A stretch of 64,000 bases of DNA from Octopus sinensis (taxonomy: Eukaryota), in contig NC_043007.1 of assembly GCF_006345805.1 (NCBI RefSeq), positions 63,798,001-63,862,000 on the forward strand. The letters run 5' to 3'. Below, piece by piece: positions 1 through 11,749 of this stretch (position 1 is the first letter of the stretch; each line of letters opens with the position of its first letter). The notes beneath the pieces are model-generated. The model was not told the origin of the DNA. It saw nothing but the letters and a program-made list of their open reading frames with translations, and did not search any database. The position numbers were made by a program, and so were the translations under genes.

Positions 1-1029
1 TGACTCCTTTACATGCATATCTGACTGAACCCCAAACTATAACAAACTTTCACCATGAAACCAGAATAACTGTCTCCCCAACCTTTCCCCTCAATCTACA
101 CTCTACAAACATGTACTTTCCTCCTAACCTCTGTCAACCCTCTTCCTACACAACTACTTCTCCTCTCTACTTACATAATACCTAATTCTCAATGACATTA
201 CTCCACCTACCAAAGCAATACCATGTGAAAAATCTATATAAAGCAGAAAGACCAAAGTAAACCATAGTCTGATGGTACTGGTAAGCTGAAATTTACATGA
301 GAAACCAACGGTAACTTTCTGACCAACCATAACCAAAAAGCGATGCAACTAAATAATTACAGGTCATCTTTTAGGATCTCAGAGTAGCACACAGTTATGT
401 CTTTGGCCATCTACATTTGGCATTTAAAAGAAGAGGGAATGCCATACAGGATTAATGGGAGCTCCTAAAACAGCCTGGACCATACCTCAACAAGGAGTAG
501 ACAATGCAAACAAGGATCCCCAGAAATTTACTTGATGGGGAAGGGGGGGCGTTCTTAAATTCCAAAAGTGAATGTTTAGTCAGTGCCCTCGTGAGAGAAA
601 ATTTGTGTTGGAAACATGGACTTTCCTGCTTACTGACTAGTGATCTGAAATCATACATAAACTGACTCTTTTCAGACACAACTGGAAACATTCAAAGAGA
701 CAAAAGAAGATAACTCCATCTCGCTCAGAAAGGTTTGCACTTTGAAGAATTTCATTTCAGGGTTTTTTTCACAACCTTGCTGACCAAGACTGTATTCTTA
801 CCTCTTTTAGTAACGAGGTTATGTATCACCTATATTGCTAAGAGCAATAACAGACATGAAACCAACAGTAACTTTCTGACCAGTCATAACCAATGTAAAA
901 TATTATTGCTCAAAAAACTTTTTTAGTGCTTTTTGTCAGACTTATGAACTACTGACATTATATATATATATATATATACACCACACACACACAATATATA
1001 TATGTATTATATATTATATATAAATATTA

Positions 1030-1372
1030 TGGCTGATAAGAAGTTTGCTTTACAGCCACATGGTTCCAGGCTCAGTCCTGTTGCATGGCACTTTGAGCAA
1101 TTGTCTTCTTTTATAGCCCTAGGTCAACCAAAGCCTTGTGAGTAGATTTGGTAGATAGAAACTGAAAGCCTGTCATATATATGTGTGTGTGTATGTGTCC
1201 CACCATTGGTTGACAACTGGTGTTGGTTTGTTTATATCTCTGTAACTTAACGGTTTGGCAAATGAGACTGATAAAATAAATGCCAGGCATAAAATAAAGA
1301 AGTACTTGGGTCAATTTGTTAGGCTAATCCCTTTGAGGGATTGGCTGCAGTCCAATGAATTAACTTGAACGG
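1030..1372 (+). mobile_element. tRNA-derived SINE, same family as 8893-9295
   Basis: Collinear similarity to 8893-9295 over head, body and tail. Confidence 0.8.
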
Positions 1373-3131
1373 TAGAAGATATAATATATATACATATGTA
1401 TGTATGTATGTGTATATGTAAATATAATTATATATTTATACATATTATATATGATATACATATTCTATATAATTGTATATTTATACATATACATATGATA
1501 TATATATAGAATGGTTGTATACTGTCAATCTAACAAGAACGTGACAAAATGTACATTGACAATATCAAGAAAAGAAATGATGTAAGAAGATAAAAGTGCC
1601 AGAGGAAGATCGAGACCAAAACATGAATTTGAATACTTTGTCTTTATACAAGCAATATGTATAGCTATACATGTACTCACATGTGAATTGGTGAACTGAA
1701 AAATTAAAAGAAAACAAAACGAAATGGAAAAGAAAAAGAATGCAAGCAAAGGAATTAGAAATTATATTATGGTAAGATAATGATATATCGGAGACTTAGA
1801 ACTTGAAGACAATTTTTATGAAGAATAATATAATATACTTTAAAGGTGAGTAGTTATTGGTGTGAAATTTTGCAACTGGCAAATTTGAGAGCATCTTGGT
1901 CTACAAACTAGAGGCCCTGTGCTTCATATACTATCATTGGTGCAGTATAGAGCCCCTTCCATAGCTAAGACAGCTGTCTTTCAAATGTTACAATCCATTC
2001 ATCTTTAAATAAGTATTATGAGAGAGTTGTATAATTAAAGATAATTTCTTTATTTGCATGTGCTCAAGTGAAACCCTCCAATGAGAATAACTTGTAGAGA
2101 ATTAGATGAAACTAGCCTGATTTGTGCTGAATACCCTATGTGAAGATGATGTTTCAAAGTAGTACTTTTATGACCCAATGACTTATGAGATCCCCTACAA
2201 TAAACTTGATGATTTAGGTTCATAATCAGAACTTCTCTCTTTATTTAGAATGGTTTCACTTCACACCAATAATAGTCTTCAGAAAAAAGCAGTATTAACA
2301 TCCCCTATTGAAGTCAAACAATTTACACTATTTGTCTCACATATAAAGACACATAGATACACTTTATAGAAACCCACGAAGTAAAACTGAAAATAAAGAT
2401 TTAAATGTTTATTTCCAAAAAGTGTATAATTATATGAAAACAGAAATTACAATTTCTATGTTTAGTTATTTTTAGTTGTCATTACTGTATCATGAACGAT
2501 AACCCACATTCACTGAAAGACTTCAGACCATGCCCATCTTTTAATTCCATATTTACATTAGTTTTTCTACTGTTACTACAACATACTATTCTTCTAGGTT
2601 TGCCAGTTGTATCTCAACCCTATTCAAAAGAATCCTTTTTACTCTGTTTTGTACTTATTACCACCTTAATTCATTAACTGTATCATTCATAATACATTTA
2701 CACAAAACATGCAGGAATCTTCATTCTATGACCCATCTTACTATAGGATTTCTCTTCCACCACCCCAAACATTTCTCTTTAGCTAAGACAAAGAAATAAC
2801 TAGTATTATCAACCAATGCGTGTATATTTATGCATAATATATTATTTTGTAGTTGATGTAACACACACACACACACACACACACAATGCATTAAGAATTA
2901 ATATATAGTATTTATAAATATATCTTTACAAGGTAATCAAGTTGAATAAAACCTGACAAGGAGGAAATTATGTTCTCTCCATGTGCATGTAATCCAAAAT
3001 TTAATGGAGAATGAAATACATACTTTATGTATAAATGCATTTTCATATTCAAAATTTTTATGTAAAAATTCAGACTCATCATACAAAATATGCTATTCTG
3101 TTATAATGTTGATTATTTAATTAAGCCTTAC

Positions 3132-3206
3132 CTTCATGAGAATAGCAAGCAAATGACTGACAAGACCAACAAAGTGAATTAGGATTGTATCAGATATTCC
3201 AATTTC
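3132..3206 (-). CDS. RAB3GAP2: RAB3GAP2 exon 29 (last one found in the window)
   Basis: gcag|EIGISDTILIHFVGLVSHLLAILMK|gtaagg; no further exon found in 1-3131. Confidence 0.93.
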
Positions 3207-3894
3207 CTGCAAAAGATATATTAAAATATATGTAATTTTTAAAAATTTCAAGTAAAACGAAAATATATCCTAAAGACAAATATTCATAACCTTCTTCACT
3301 GCAAATTTAGCATATAGGCAGAAGCTTGGTTAAAGATCATTCCTACCTTAGCAGGTCAGGTAATTATCCACAAAATCTCTCACTACTGATTATATAGTGA
3401 CATATAAAGTGTAGTTCTAGGACAGACCAAAATATAGTCAAGTAAATGTTTCTAAGGCATTGCCATCTGAAGTGTTCTCAGGTAGGGATTAATAAAAAAC
3501 AACAGCAGCAACATAAACTTTCCTACTTTTCTAGTGTTTAACAAACTTCTTCAATATTCCAGTCATATATTCTCTCTAATTACTTTCTAACTTGCTCTGT
3601 GCATATATACTAAGTCTGCAGTGTTACTCCAAATAATACAAAAGGTTATAAGTTATTTTTATTTTTAAGTCATTCAGGGCATGATTAGAACCCAAAACTG
3701 TGTCACATTAGAGAGTTTCCTACTTATAATCTCAGTCTAATGTTCAATTTATGTGATCATATAGCCACAGATAATCTGATCAGGGTGTACTCAGGGTTAG
3801 ACTGTATTCAGGGCATTGTTTCAGTCACAATTTGTTGAGTAACAAGACTCAGTGACTATTTCATTTTCAATAAGGAATATAAGGTTTCACTTAC

Positions 3895-3930
3895 TTTACG
3901 ACACAGTCTTTCCTTTGGATGTTTTCCAAC
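3895..3930 (-). CDS. RAB3GAP2: RAB3GAP2 exon 28 (36 nt)
   Basis: atag|VGKHPKERLCRK|gtaagt. Confidence 0.95.
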
Positions 3931-5028
3931 CTATAATTAATAAAAAGAGAAATTAAAATCAAATCTAATGGAATAAATTGTAAAAATTAACATCATTACA
4001 ACATTACATTTTTTTACAGAAGTTTATTTCTGTTACTTATGTTTAACAAAATATTTATTCTATTTTTGTTATTCCAATATATCTCTAAGTAAAACACTCA
4101 TAATATTCCAGCAAGGTAAACTGATAAAAAAGAAGAATATCTTAAAGATGTAGCATAACATCTGCAGCAAAACGAAAATTTTGGTACATATGCAACATGT
4201 TCGGTTTTGAAATAGTTTCACATTCATATTTCCATGCTAGCATGGGTGAGATAGTTTGTGCTTGAACAAAGGGATTTTACTGCTAGAAGGAAACATCTGT
4301 AAGTGAGAGTTACACCATTATCCTCCTCATCATCTATTAATGCTCATCTTCCATGCTGGCATGTGATGGACTGTTTAATAGGCTTCAACAGGTTGGAAAA
4401 CTACATCATATTCTGTCTGCTCAGGCATGGTTACTGGGTGCCTTTTTGTGCCACTACACTTGTGTGGTCACCATGTAACTTGCAAGACTAAGATTTCCTT
4501 CAAGTGAGTGACACTGTAGTAGAAAGAGAGGTTACAGTATGAAAAAAGGGCTGAAACACATTTCTTGTAGAGGAGTACATGGCTGCTCACATTATACATT
4601 ATACAGGAGTGGGTGGGAGTAATCAGTGTGGACCTGGAGAGATATTACAATAGTTAATAGTTCAGAATAGAGTTACTACCACCAACACTTAATTTATTCA
4701 GGCCTCTTTCAGTAATAATTGATTTGATTCCTTCCAGAAGCATAATGATATTGATTTCTTTTGACTAAATATTGAATTAAGTTACTGACTCAACAGCAAT
4801 GAAAGACACAGTCAGCCTTTGTGAAAATCAAACACTTGGCTTGAAGACAATATGGTACCAACTTCTTGTGTTCACAAACTATACCTTTAACTTTACTAGA
4901 ATGTCACCACAAGTATATCCCACATCTTAAATGTTAAAAAAACATGCTTAATTCAATTTTATGTTATAAAGATTTTTAAACTGACAGAATGATAAAGAGA
5001 AGAAATTCAAAATGAAATTTCATGTTAC

Positions 5029-5099
5029 CTTTTCCATGAGATTAGCAGCAGCTGATAAACGTTTTACAGCAAACATATTCCACAGCATGGTTCCTAGAC
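5029..5099 (-). CDS. RAB3GAP2: RAB3GAP2 exon 27
   Basis: ctag|GLGTMLWNMFAVKRLSAAANLMEK|gtaaca. Confidence 0.95.
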
Positions 5100-6709
5100 C
5101 TAGAAATGGTAACACACAAATACTGATATTAGTAGCTGGGTAATATATAGAGTCTAAAAACATATGTCCTATGATTTAGATTAAATATTTTATGTGTGTG
5201 TGTGTGTGTGTGTGTGTGCGTGCGTGCGTGTGTGCATGTTAGAACAGCTTTTTCCTAAACCCCCATTGTTGTATTTAGTTACTAACCTGATGCAGCTAAG
5301 TGGACTTTAGATTTGGGTTGCATTTCTGTTTCTTTTTTTATTAATATCTGCTGTTCCCTTGCCTTTGTGACAAATGAAGGAAAACATTACTATTATCAGT
5401 TTAATTATATAGAAGTGGTAGCTGGACAGAACTGCTAGACCTTGAGATATTTGTTCTGGCCCATTATGTTTTGAGTTCAAATCCTGCTGAGGTCAACTTG
5501 CCTTTGTTTAGGGTCAATAAAATAAAGTAATCAGTGAAGTACTGGGGATGTTGATGGCATTGACTACTCAACTCCTTTCAAAATTGCTGGCCTTGTGCTT
5601 AAATCAGAACCCATTATTATAATTGTTGTTATTGCTGTTGTTGTTCACTCAGCATTTTGTTTTTCTGCCAGTATTAGATTACTAGATATCAAGTAGCATC
5701 AACAACCTTTGGTTTCAAGCACCTTTCTTAGAGTTTTTGGCATGTCAAGCAAATAGGCTTTCTGTAGAGTCAGGAAATTCATCTTGACATTCAATATCTT
5801 TAGTCAATCATTCAAATTTCTTGTAATTGTTTAATTGGATAATGATATCTTTACAATTTCCAATTCTTTAAATTAATATTTTAGGTCCTGGTATTTCTCT
5901 ATTGACTCACATTCTTTTTGTTCCACTCATTTATCAAACAAACATGAAACAATACATTCTTTTCTCTTATCAATACATTCTTTTGCTTATCCATTTGAAG
6001 TTTCATATCCCATAGTACCTACATGGTCATTTTCAAGGATGTGTTCTGTTTTATGGTCATACCTTTTCCCTTTCCATTATTATTATTGTGAAATGGTAAA
6101 AACAGTAGGAAATGGAACTAAATTTTTGACAGTTCTGTCATTTCACAGTTCTTGTAAAAATATAGGTAAGGCAAAATAAAATAAGTACCATGTAGAGAGG
6201 TCAATTCAACTAACTGTGCTCCTCTCCTTACCAATTTAGGCTTGTGCCAATGTCAGAAATCATTATCATAATTAATATGACATATATAATACTTTTTTAT
6301 ATGATAACTTCCAATTTTATGCAGGAATAATTTCCAGAGTACTGAGAAGTCAGAAGATTTTTTCAAAATGACAGCACATGCTGTCATGGAACTGAATTGC
6401 TTTGATGAGTGTCCTATAATAATCTTGCAAAACTAGAGTTTCCACCAGTTAAAGATTGTATAGTTTTTCTGTTATTGCTACAAGGCATTGATTTTATTAT
6501 CAACTATCAATAAATTGATTGTTGTTGATTAGTCCCAGGCCAGACCTGATCAAGTAGACATATGCTCAAAAGCCTTTCAGCCCTGAGATCATTCCATGTA
6601 TTTTTATATCTAGGATTATATTGTTTAATTTCTTCCTCTCTTTCTTCTTAAGATAGTAGAACATACTTTTAGGGATATTTGATCAAGCAACCAAATATAG
6701 GTTCTCTTT

Positions 6710-7035
6710 CATCATCATCATCGTTTAACATCTGCTTTCCATGCTGGCATGGTTTGGACATGGAGTGGCAAGTAAGTAGGGTGCACCAGGATCCAATCTG
6801 ATCTGACAAGGTTTCTACAGCTGAATGCCCTTCCTAACACTGACCACTCCGAGAGTGTAGTAGGTGCCTTTTATATGCCACCGGCACAGGAGCTAGTCAG
6901 GGGGCACTGGCATCGACCACGTTTGCATGGTACTTTTTACGTGCGACCGGCATGGGGAGCCAGTCAGGCAGCACTAGCATCAACCCATGCTTGAATGGTG
7001 CCTATTACGTGCCACCAACACGAGTGCTAGGCAGG
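6710..7035 (-). mobile_element. RTE LINE 3' UTR and tail fragment
   Basis: catcatcatcatcgtttaacatctgctttccatgctggcatgg followed by the same UTR repeat units as 11400-11740. Similar fragments at ~15870-16310, 22260-22435, 25500-25635, 44690-44860, 52855-53030 and 55700-55900. Confidence 0.8.
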
Positions 7036-7316
7036 TGGCACGATTTCGATTTGATTCTACGAATTTCAATTCTATGAATTCATCATTATACTGTTGATGC
7101 CATATCCTTTTCCATTTGTGTATGAAAATGATAATGGTATATATTTTTATAAAGAAAAGATGTATTGTCAGTAACAACTGTTTCGTCTCACTCTCTTATA
7201 TGTTTAGGACTGAAAATAAAAAAACAGTGCTAAGGACATTGTAAAGATGATAGAGGAAAATATTTTGAAGGAAAAGAGTTTGAGACACTGTTTTTGATAA
7301 ATATTTCAAGACTAAC

Positions 7317-7383
7317 CTTGTCGAAGGACAGCATTTTGTATGGTATTCAGGTAATTCAGAGAAGTCTGGAGATAATGGTATTG
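7317..7383 (-). CDS. RAB3GAP2: RAB3GAP2 exon 26
   Basis: ctag|QYHYLQTSLNYLNTIQNAVLRQ+G|gttagt. Confidence 0.92.
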
Positions 7384-8037
7384 CTAGAAAAGAAAGCAAA
7401 ATTAATAAATCAGCTAAAAACATGCCTTATGTAACTAACATTTTCTATGGTAATAATGTTTTTTCAAACTTTATTACCAACACTTTGTTTTCATTTTGTT
7501 TCCATCCAATTTTATTCATGTTAATAAGAATGAGACTTGAAAATTTAGACATTTATCATGAAACCGCTGAATTGTAAGTCCTTTTGTATATTTTTTTACC
7601 AGAAGGTATTGTATACTGGTGTTTGTCTTAGTTTTTCACAGTATCAAATGACTGAGACAGATATATATTTCTCTGGATAATGCACCAGTCAACTGCAGGT
7701 TTCACTCATAGGATTTGAGCTTAGCACTGCAAGCTAATGAAACTGACACTGGTGAGATAACCAAGTAACTTGCAAGAAAAGACCTCATGACTGAGTGGGT
7801 GCAAATTAGAGGATGGTAGCTATGTGCCAAGTGCTGAGAGGCTAAAGTATGATAGGAGAACAGGTGTCTTTTTGTGGAGGAGATACATAGCTACCTGAGT
7901 TGGAAAGTGAGAAACTGATGGTGGAAATGAGATGTCATGGTATACATATTTACATAGATAAAAATCTAAGACAGGAACTATACAAATATGAAAATTAAAG
8001 ATGCTAAGAGTTAAAATGACTGAACCAAATGACTCAC

Positions 8038-8144
8038 CTCTAAATCTTTGTTCCACAAAACAATGTATTCCCAAGAGCAATTAGCAAGAAGCACATCAGA
8101 ATCTAAACTGTGGGGGAATCTCTCCTGTAGTGTGTCCAGCTGAC
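8038..8144 (-). CDS. RAB3GAP2: RAB3GAP2 exon 25
   Basis: atag|[36 protein letters not shown]|gtgagt. Confidence 0.96.
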
Positions 8145-8892
8145 CTATAAAATGTAGGGTAAAATGCAATATTGTTACTATTAAGGTAGCAAGTGGCCAG
8201 AACCATTACTGAACTGGACAAAATGCTGCCAAGCATTTTGTCTGTCTTTATATCCTGAGTTCAAATTCTGCGAGGTCGACTTCGCCTTTCATTCTTTCAG
8301 GATCAATAAAATAGGTACCAATTGGACATTGGGGTCAATGTAACTGATTTACTCCTCCTACGAAATTACTGGCCTTGTACCAAAATTTGAAACCATTTAT
8401 TATTATTATAGTACAAATTCTGAAATGGTTAACTTTGATTTTTATCCTTTTGGGGTCACTAAAATAAGTACCAGTCAAGCACTGGGATTGAAGTAATCAA
8501 CTACACCCCTCCCCTCAAATTTCAGGCCTTGTGCATATACAAGAAAGGATTATCATAATTGTTGTAGTGAAAATGGTATTCTCCTTCCCATGTGACAAAG
8601 TGGTATGAAGCAGCCACTATAAAGTCAGACAGTCAGTTGTAGTAAAGTTGTTGTATGAGTTCTCAGTTGGAGTCAAGTTCCAGTTACCGTTAAGGTAGAT
8701 GTTTCAAAGTCATTGTCTTGCAGAGCTATCAGTGATAGCATGATAGACGGGTCAAAGATAATAAGATGTGGAATACTGCCACAACATAATAGTGGCGAAA
8801 AGAATATTACAGTGCCGACAATAACATACAAGAGGATCCACACATCATAACAGTGGCAACAAGGATGTAAACAATTCACAAAGACTTAGGTG

Positions 8893-9295
8893 TAGGAGTA
8901 GCTGTGTGGTAAGTAGCTTGTTTACGAACCACATGGTTCCGGGTTCAGTTCCACTGTGTGGCACCTTGGGCAAGTGTCTTCTACTATAGCATCGGGCCGA
9001 CCAAAGCCTTGTGAGTGGATTTGGTAGACGGAAACTGAAAGAAGCCCATCGTATATATGTATATATATATATGTATGTGTATATGTTTGTGTGTCTGTGT
9101 TTGTCCCCCCAACATCGCTTGACAACCGATGCTGGTGTGTTTACGTCCCAGTAACTTAGCGGTTTGGCAAAAGAGACCGATAGAATAAGTACTAGGCTTA
9201 CAAAGAATAAGTCCTGGAGTCAATTTGCTTGACTAAAAAGGTGGTGCTCCAGCATGGCCACAGTCAAATGACTGAAACAAGTAAAAGAGTAGAGT
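8893..9295 (+). mobile_element. tRNA-derived SINE (near full length, internal TA/TG microsatellite)
   Basis: Head 'gctgtgtggtaagtagcttg...ccgggttcagttccactg', body 'accttgggcaagtgtcttctactatagc...aagccttgtgagtggatttggtagacggaaactgaaagaagccc', tail 'aatgactgaaacaagtaaaagag'. Confidence 0.85.
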
Positions 9296-9518
9296 AAGAC
9301 AACGTTGAAAACATTTTCAATTAAAAACTTGACAGAGGATTAACAAACATTTTTGTTGTATATATTTTACAAAAAATCTGTAAAATTATGGAAAACTTGG
9401 AGGGTCTAGTTGAGTTGCAAAAACAACAACAACAATAAACAGTTCTATATTTAAGAGATGAGGAATTATGCATATTATTTACATTTGATGGGTACCTGTC
9501 CTCATCTTATTTGTTGTT

Positions 9519-9564
9519 AACACAACGTTTTGGCTGATATAACCTCCAGCCTTCATCAGGTATC
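9519..9564 (-). ncRNA. Inverted second hammerhead motif (G12A core mutation)
   Basis: Reverse complement reads GAUAC-CUGAUGA-A-GGCUG(gaggttatat)CAGCC-AAAA-C-GUU-GUGUU; palindromic stem III AACGUU intact. Confidence 0.68.
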
Positions 9565-9718
9565 TTGGGGACATATGGCGTAGTGGTTAAGAGTGCAGGC
9601 TACTAACCCCAAGATTCTGAGTTCGATTCCAGGCAGTGACCTGAATAATAACAACAACAGCAACAACAACATCGAAAAATACCTTAGGAATGAGAACCCA
9701 GGTTAAAAATTTCCCCAA

Positions 9719-9764
9719 GACACCTGATGAAGGCTGGAGGGTATATCAGCCGAAACATTGTGTT
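9719..9764 (+). ncRNA. Minimal type I hammerhead ribozyme motif (core intact, stem III mutated)
   Basis: GACAC-CUGAUGA-A-GGCUG(gagggtatat)CAGCC-GAAA-C-AUU-GUGUU. Stem I is GACAC/GUGUU and stem II is GGCUG/CAGCC; stem III reads AACAUU, versus palindromic AACGUU in the other copy. Confidence 0.72.
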
Positions 9765-9814
9765 AACAAGAAACAAGATCAGAACAAATATCCATCAAAT
9801 GTAAATAATGTACA

Positions 9815-10965
9815 ACTAGTGAAGTTGGTAACAAAACCGGAAAATACCTTTTCTCCAGACCACATAGCAAAATCAATAAATGAATTTAAATATGACCCAG
9901 AAGAAAGAGTCACCTTTGTGGTATCTTACCGAAAATTTGAACACATTTTTGAAAAAGAATGCCAAGTCTGGCTGGATGAAATGAAAACATGTCTAATTTT
10001 GAGGAAACTGGCGATGACAATATGAGAAATACCATAATTTTATATTGCTTAAAAATAGTTTCTGACATAAATTTCACGAACACAATTGACATTTTATGTA
10101 AGATGTTCAGTGAAAACACATCCTTATTTAACACATGTTGGAAGTGTTTGAACACAGAGAAAAACGATAACAAAGACTTTACCATGTATGCATGTAGAGT
10201 GAACAGAGAGTGCAAGAAATTTAAACTGGATAAACTAACTCCAGACTTGTTCAAATACCTGATTTTTGCTCAGGGACTTACTGCTAAAAAGGATGCAGAA
10301 ATAATAAACTAAGAGTGTGTGCGGACTTTTCAACTGGATTAAATGACTGTTTAGTTCAACACAATTATCCATTACCAAGCCCAGAAGTGTCCTCAAAACT
10401 GAATGGAGGAAAAATATTCTCAAAGTTAGACCTCTTGGAGGCGTATCTACAAATACAGGTAGAGGAAGATTGTGCACATGTTTTAACAATCAACACACAC
10501 CATCATCATCATCGTTTAGCGTCCGTTTTCCATGCTAGCATGGGTTGGACTATCTATGGATTGTATAAATTCATGTGGCTTCCTTTTGGAGTAAAAGTGG
10601 CACCTGCCATATTCCAATAAGTGACGGATACAATATTAAATGATTGTGACTTCACTGTTACTTATCTCGATGATATTTTGATAAAGAGCAAGTCAGTGGA
10701 ACAACACTTCGAACATATCAAAAAAGCATTCGGAAAAATAAATGAATATGGATTTAGACTAACAGAGGAAAAGTATGAATTTTTGGTGAAAAAATCAAAT
10801 ATTTAGGTCAAGTAACTGATGAAAGGGGACAAAGGCCAGAACATCAAATTGGTACAAGCATTTTTATGCCTGGTAAACTGCTATCAAGTATATATCCCGA
10901 ACATACACAACATAAGGGATCTACTAAACGAGCCATTAAAAAGGATGCCAAATGGTTTTGGTCAG
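9815..10965 (+). pseudogene. Degenerate Ty3/gypsy LTR-retrotransposon gag and RT remnant
   Basis: Gag-like FSPDHIAKSINEFKYDPE...LILRKL and YACRVNRECKKFKL...LIFAQGL. RT motifs CADFSTGLND, YPLP, FSKLDLLEAYLQI, LPFGVKVAPAIFQ, YLDDILI and QAFLCLVN, with stops and frameshifts. Confidence 0.9.
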
Positions 10966-11745
10966 AAATGTGTGGTGTCGGTGTGCATGCATGACAGAGT
11001 GTGGGCACCCTGAGAGGTGGGTTGGACATGGGAAGCGTCAGATGTGGTGTGCAGGAGAGACAACTGCGTTGATGTAGTCATGTGTTGTTTGTGGATAGGG
11101 ACAGCTGTGTGAAAAAGTGTTATACCCTGGTAGTAGGGGGAACCTGTGGAAGAGGTGGACTGGGAAGACTTGGGATGGGGTAGTGAGGTACGACCTTTGA
11201 ATGTTGGGCCTCACCGGGGCAATGACAGATGACCGAGATGTGCTGTGCTTGAGAAGACCTGGCAAGCCAAGTGAGACCGTAACCGTGGCCTATGCCAGTG
11301 CAGCATAACCAAGCCATTTAAGAGTGCCCTTCAATCATTGGGCAAGAAACTGCACTTGCAAAGACCTGTTGAGGCAAGTGAAGTTGTTGTCGTGGCCGAT
11401 TACAGTACCGCCTGATTGTCACCTATGCCAGTGGCATGTAAAAGGCGCCATTTGAATGTGGTCAATGCCAGTGCCACCCGACTGGCTTCCATGCCAGTGG
11501 AACATAAAAAGCACCATTCAAGCATGATCAATGCCAGTACCACCTAACTGGCCCTTGTGCCAGTGGCACATACAAAGCACCCACTACACTCTGGCTGGCA
11601 TTAGGAAAGGCATCCAGCTGTAGAAACTTTGCCAGATCAGATTGGAGCCTAGTGCAGCCTTCTGGCTTGCCAGCCTTCAGTCAAATTGTCCAACCCATGC
11701 CAGCATGGAAAGCAGATGTTAAACGATGATGGTGATGATAATGAT
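10966..11745 (+). mobile_element. 5'-truncated RTE-clade LINE: ORF C-terminus, 3' UTR with ~60-bp internal repeats, (GAT)n tail
   Basis: Degenerate KKC..L.V.GTCGRG..KTW-type C-terminus; repeated 'gccagtggcatgtaaaa(a)gcacc' units; ends 'cagcatggaaagcagatgttaaacgatgatggtgatgat'. Confidence 0.8.
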
Positions 11746-11749
11746 GAAG

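Larger units (their letters stand above)
9440..9814 (+). mobile_element. tRNA-headed non-autonomous retroelement with inverted Penelope-like terminal repeats carrying hammerhead ribozyme motifs
   Basis: A box TGGCGTAGTGG 9576-9586 and B box GTTCGATTCC 9621-9630, then an (AAT)(AAC)n linker. About 100-bp inverted repeats at ~9470-9570 and ~9712-9814 each contain CTGATGA-A-GGCTG...CAGCC-(G/A)AAAC. Confidence 0.75.

Noticed and set aside
1-930. ORFs of 63-79 aa and a ~40-bp repeat (295-340 and 853-893)
   Set aside because: No match to the expected next RAB3GAP2 exon; probably decayed repeat of unidentifiable family.
3265-3360. Candidate exon beginning GTAGGA near 3350
   Set aside because: In-frame TGA and no homology; the real 36-nt exon is at 3895-3930.
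9571-9640. Possible tRNA gene
   Set aside because: No proper acceptor stem or T-run terminator, the anticodon would be an atypical ACT, and it is embedded in a repeat; treated as a SINE head.
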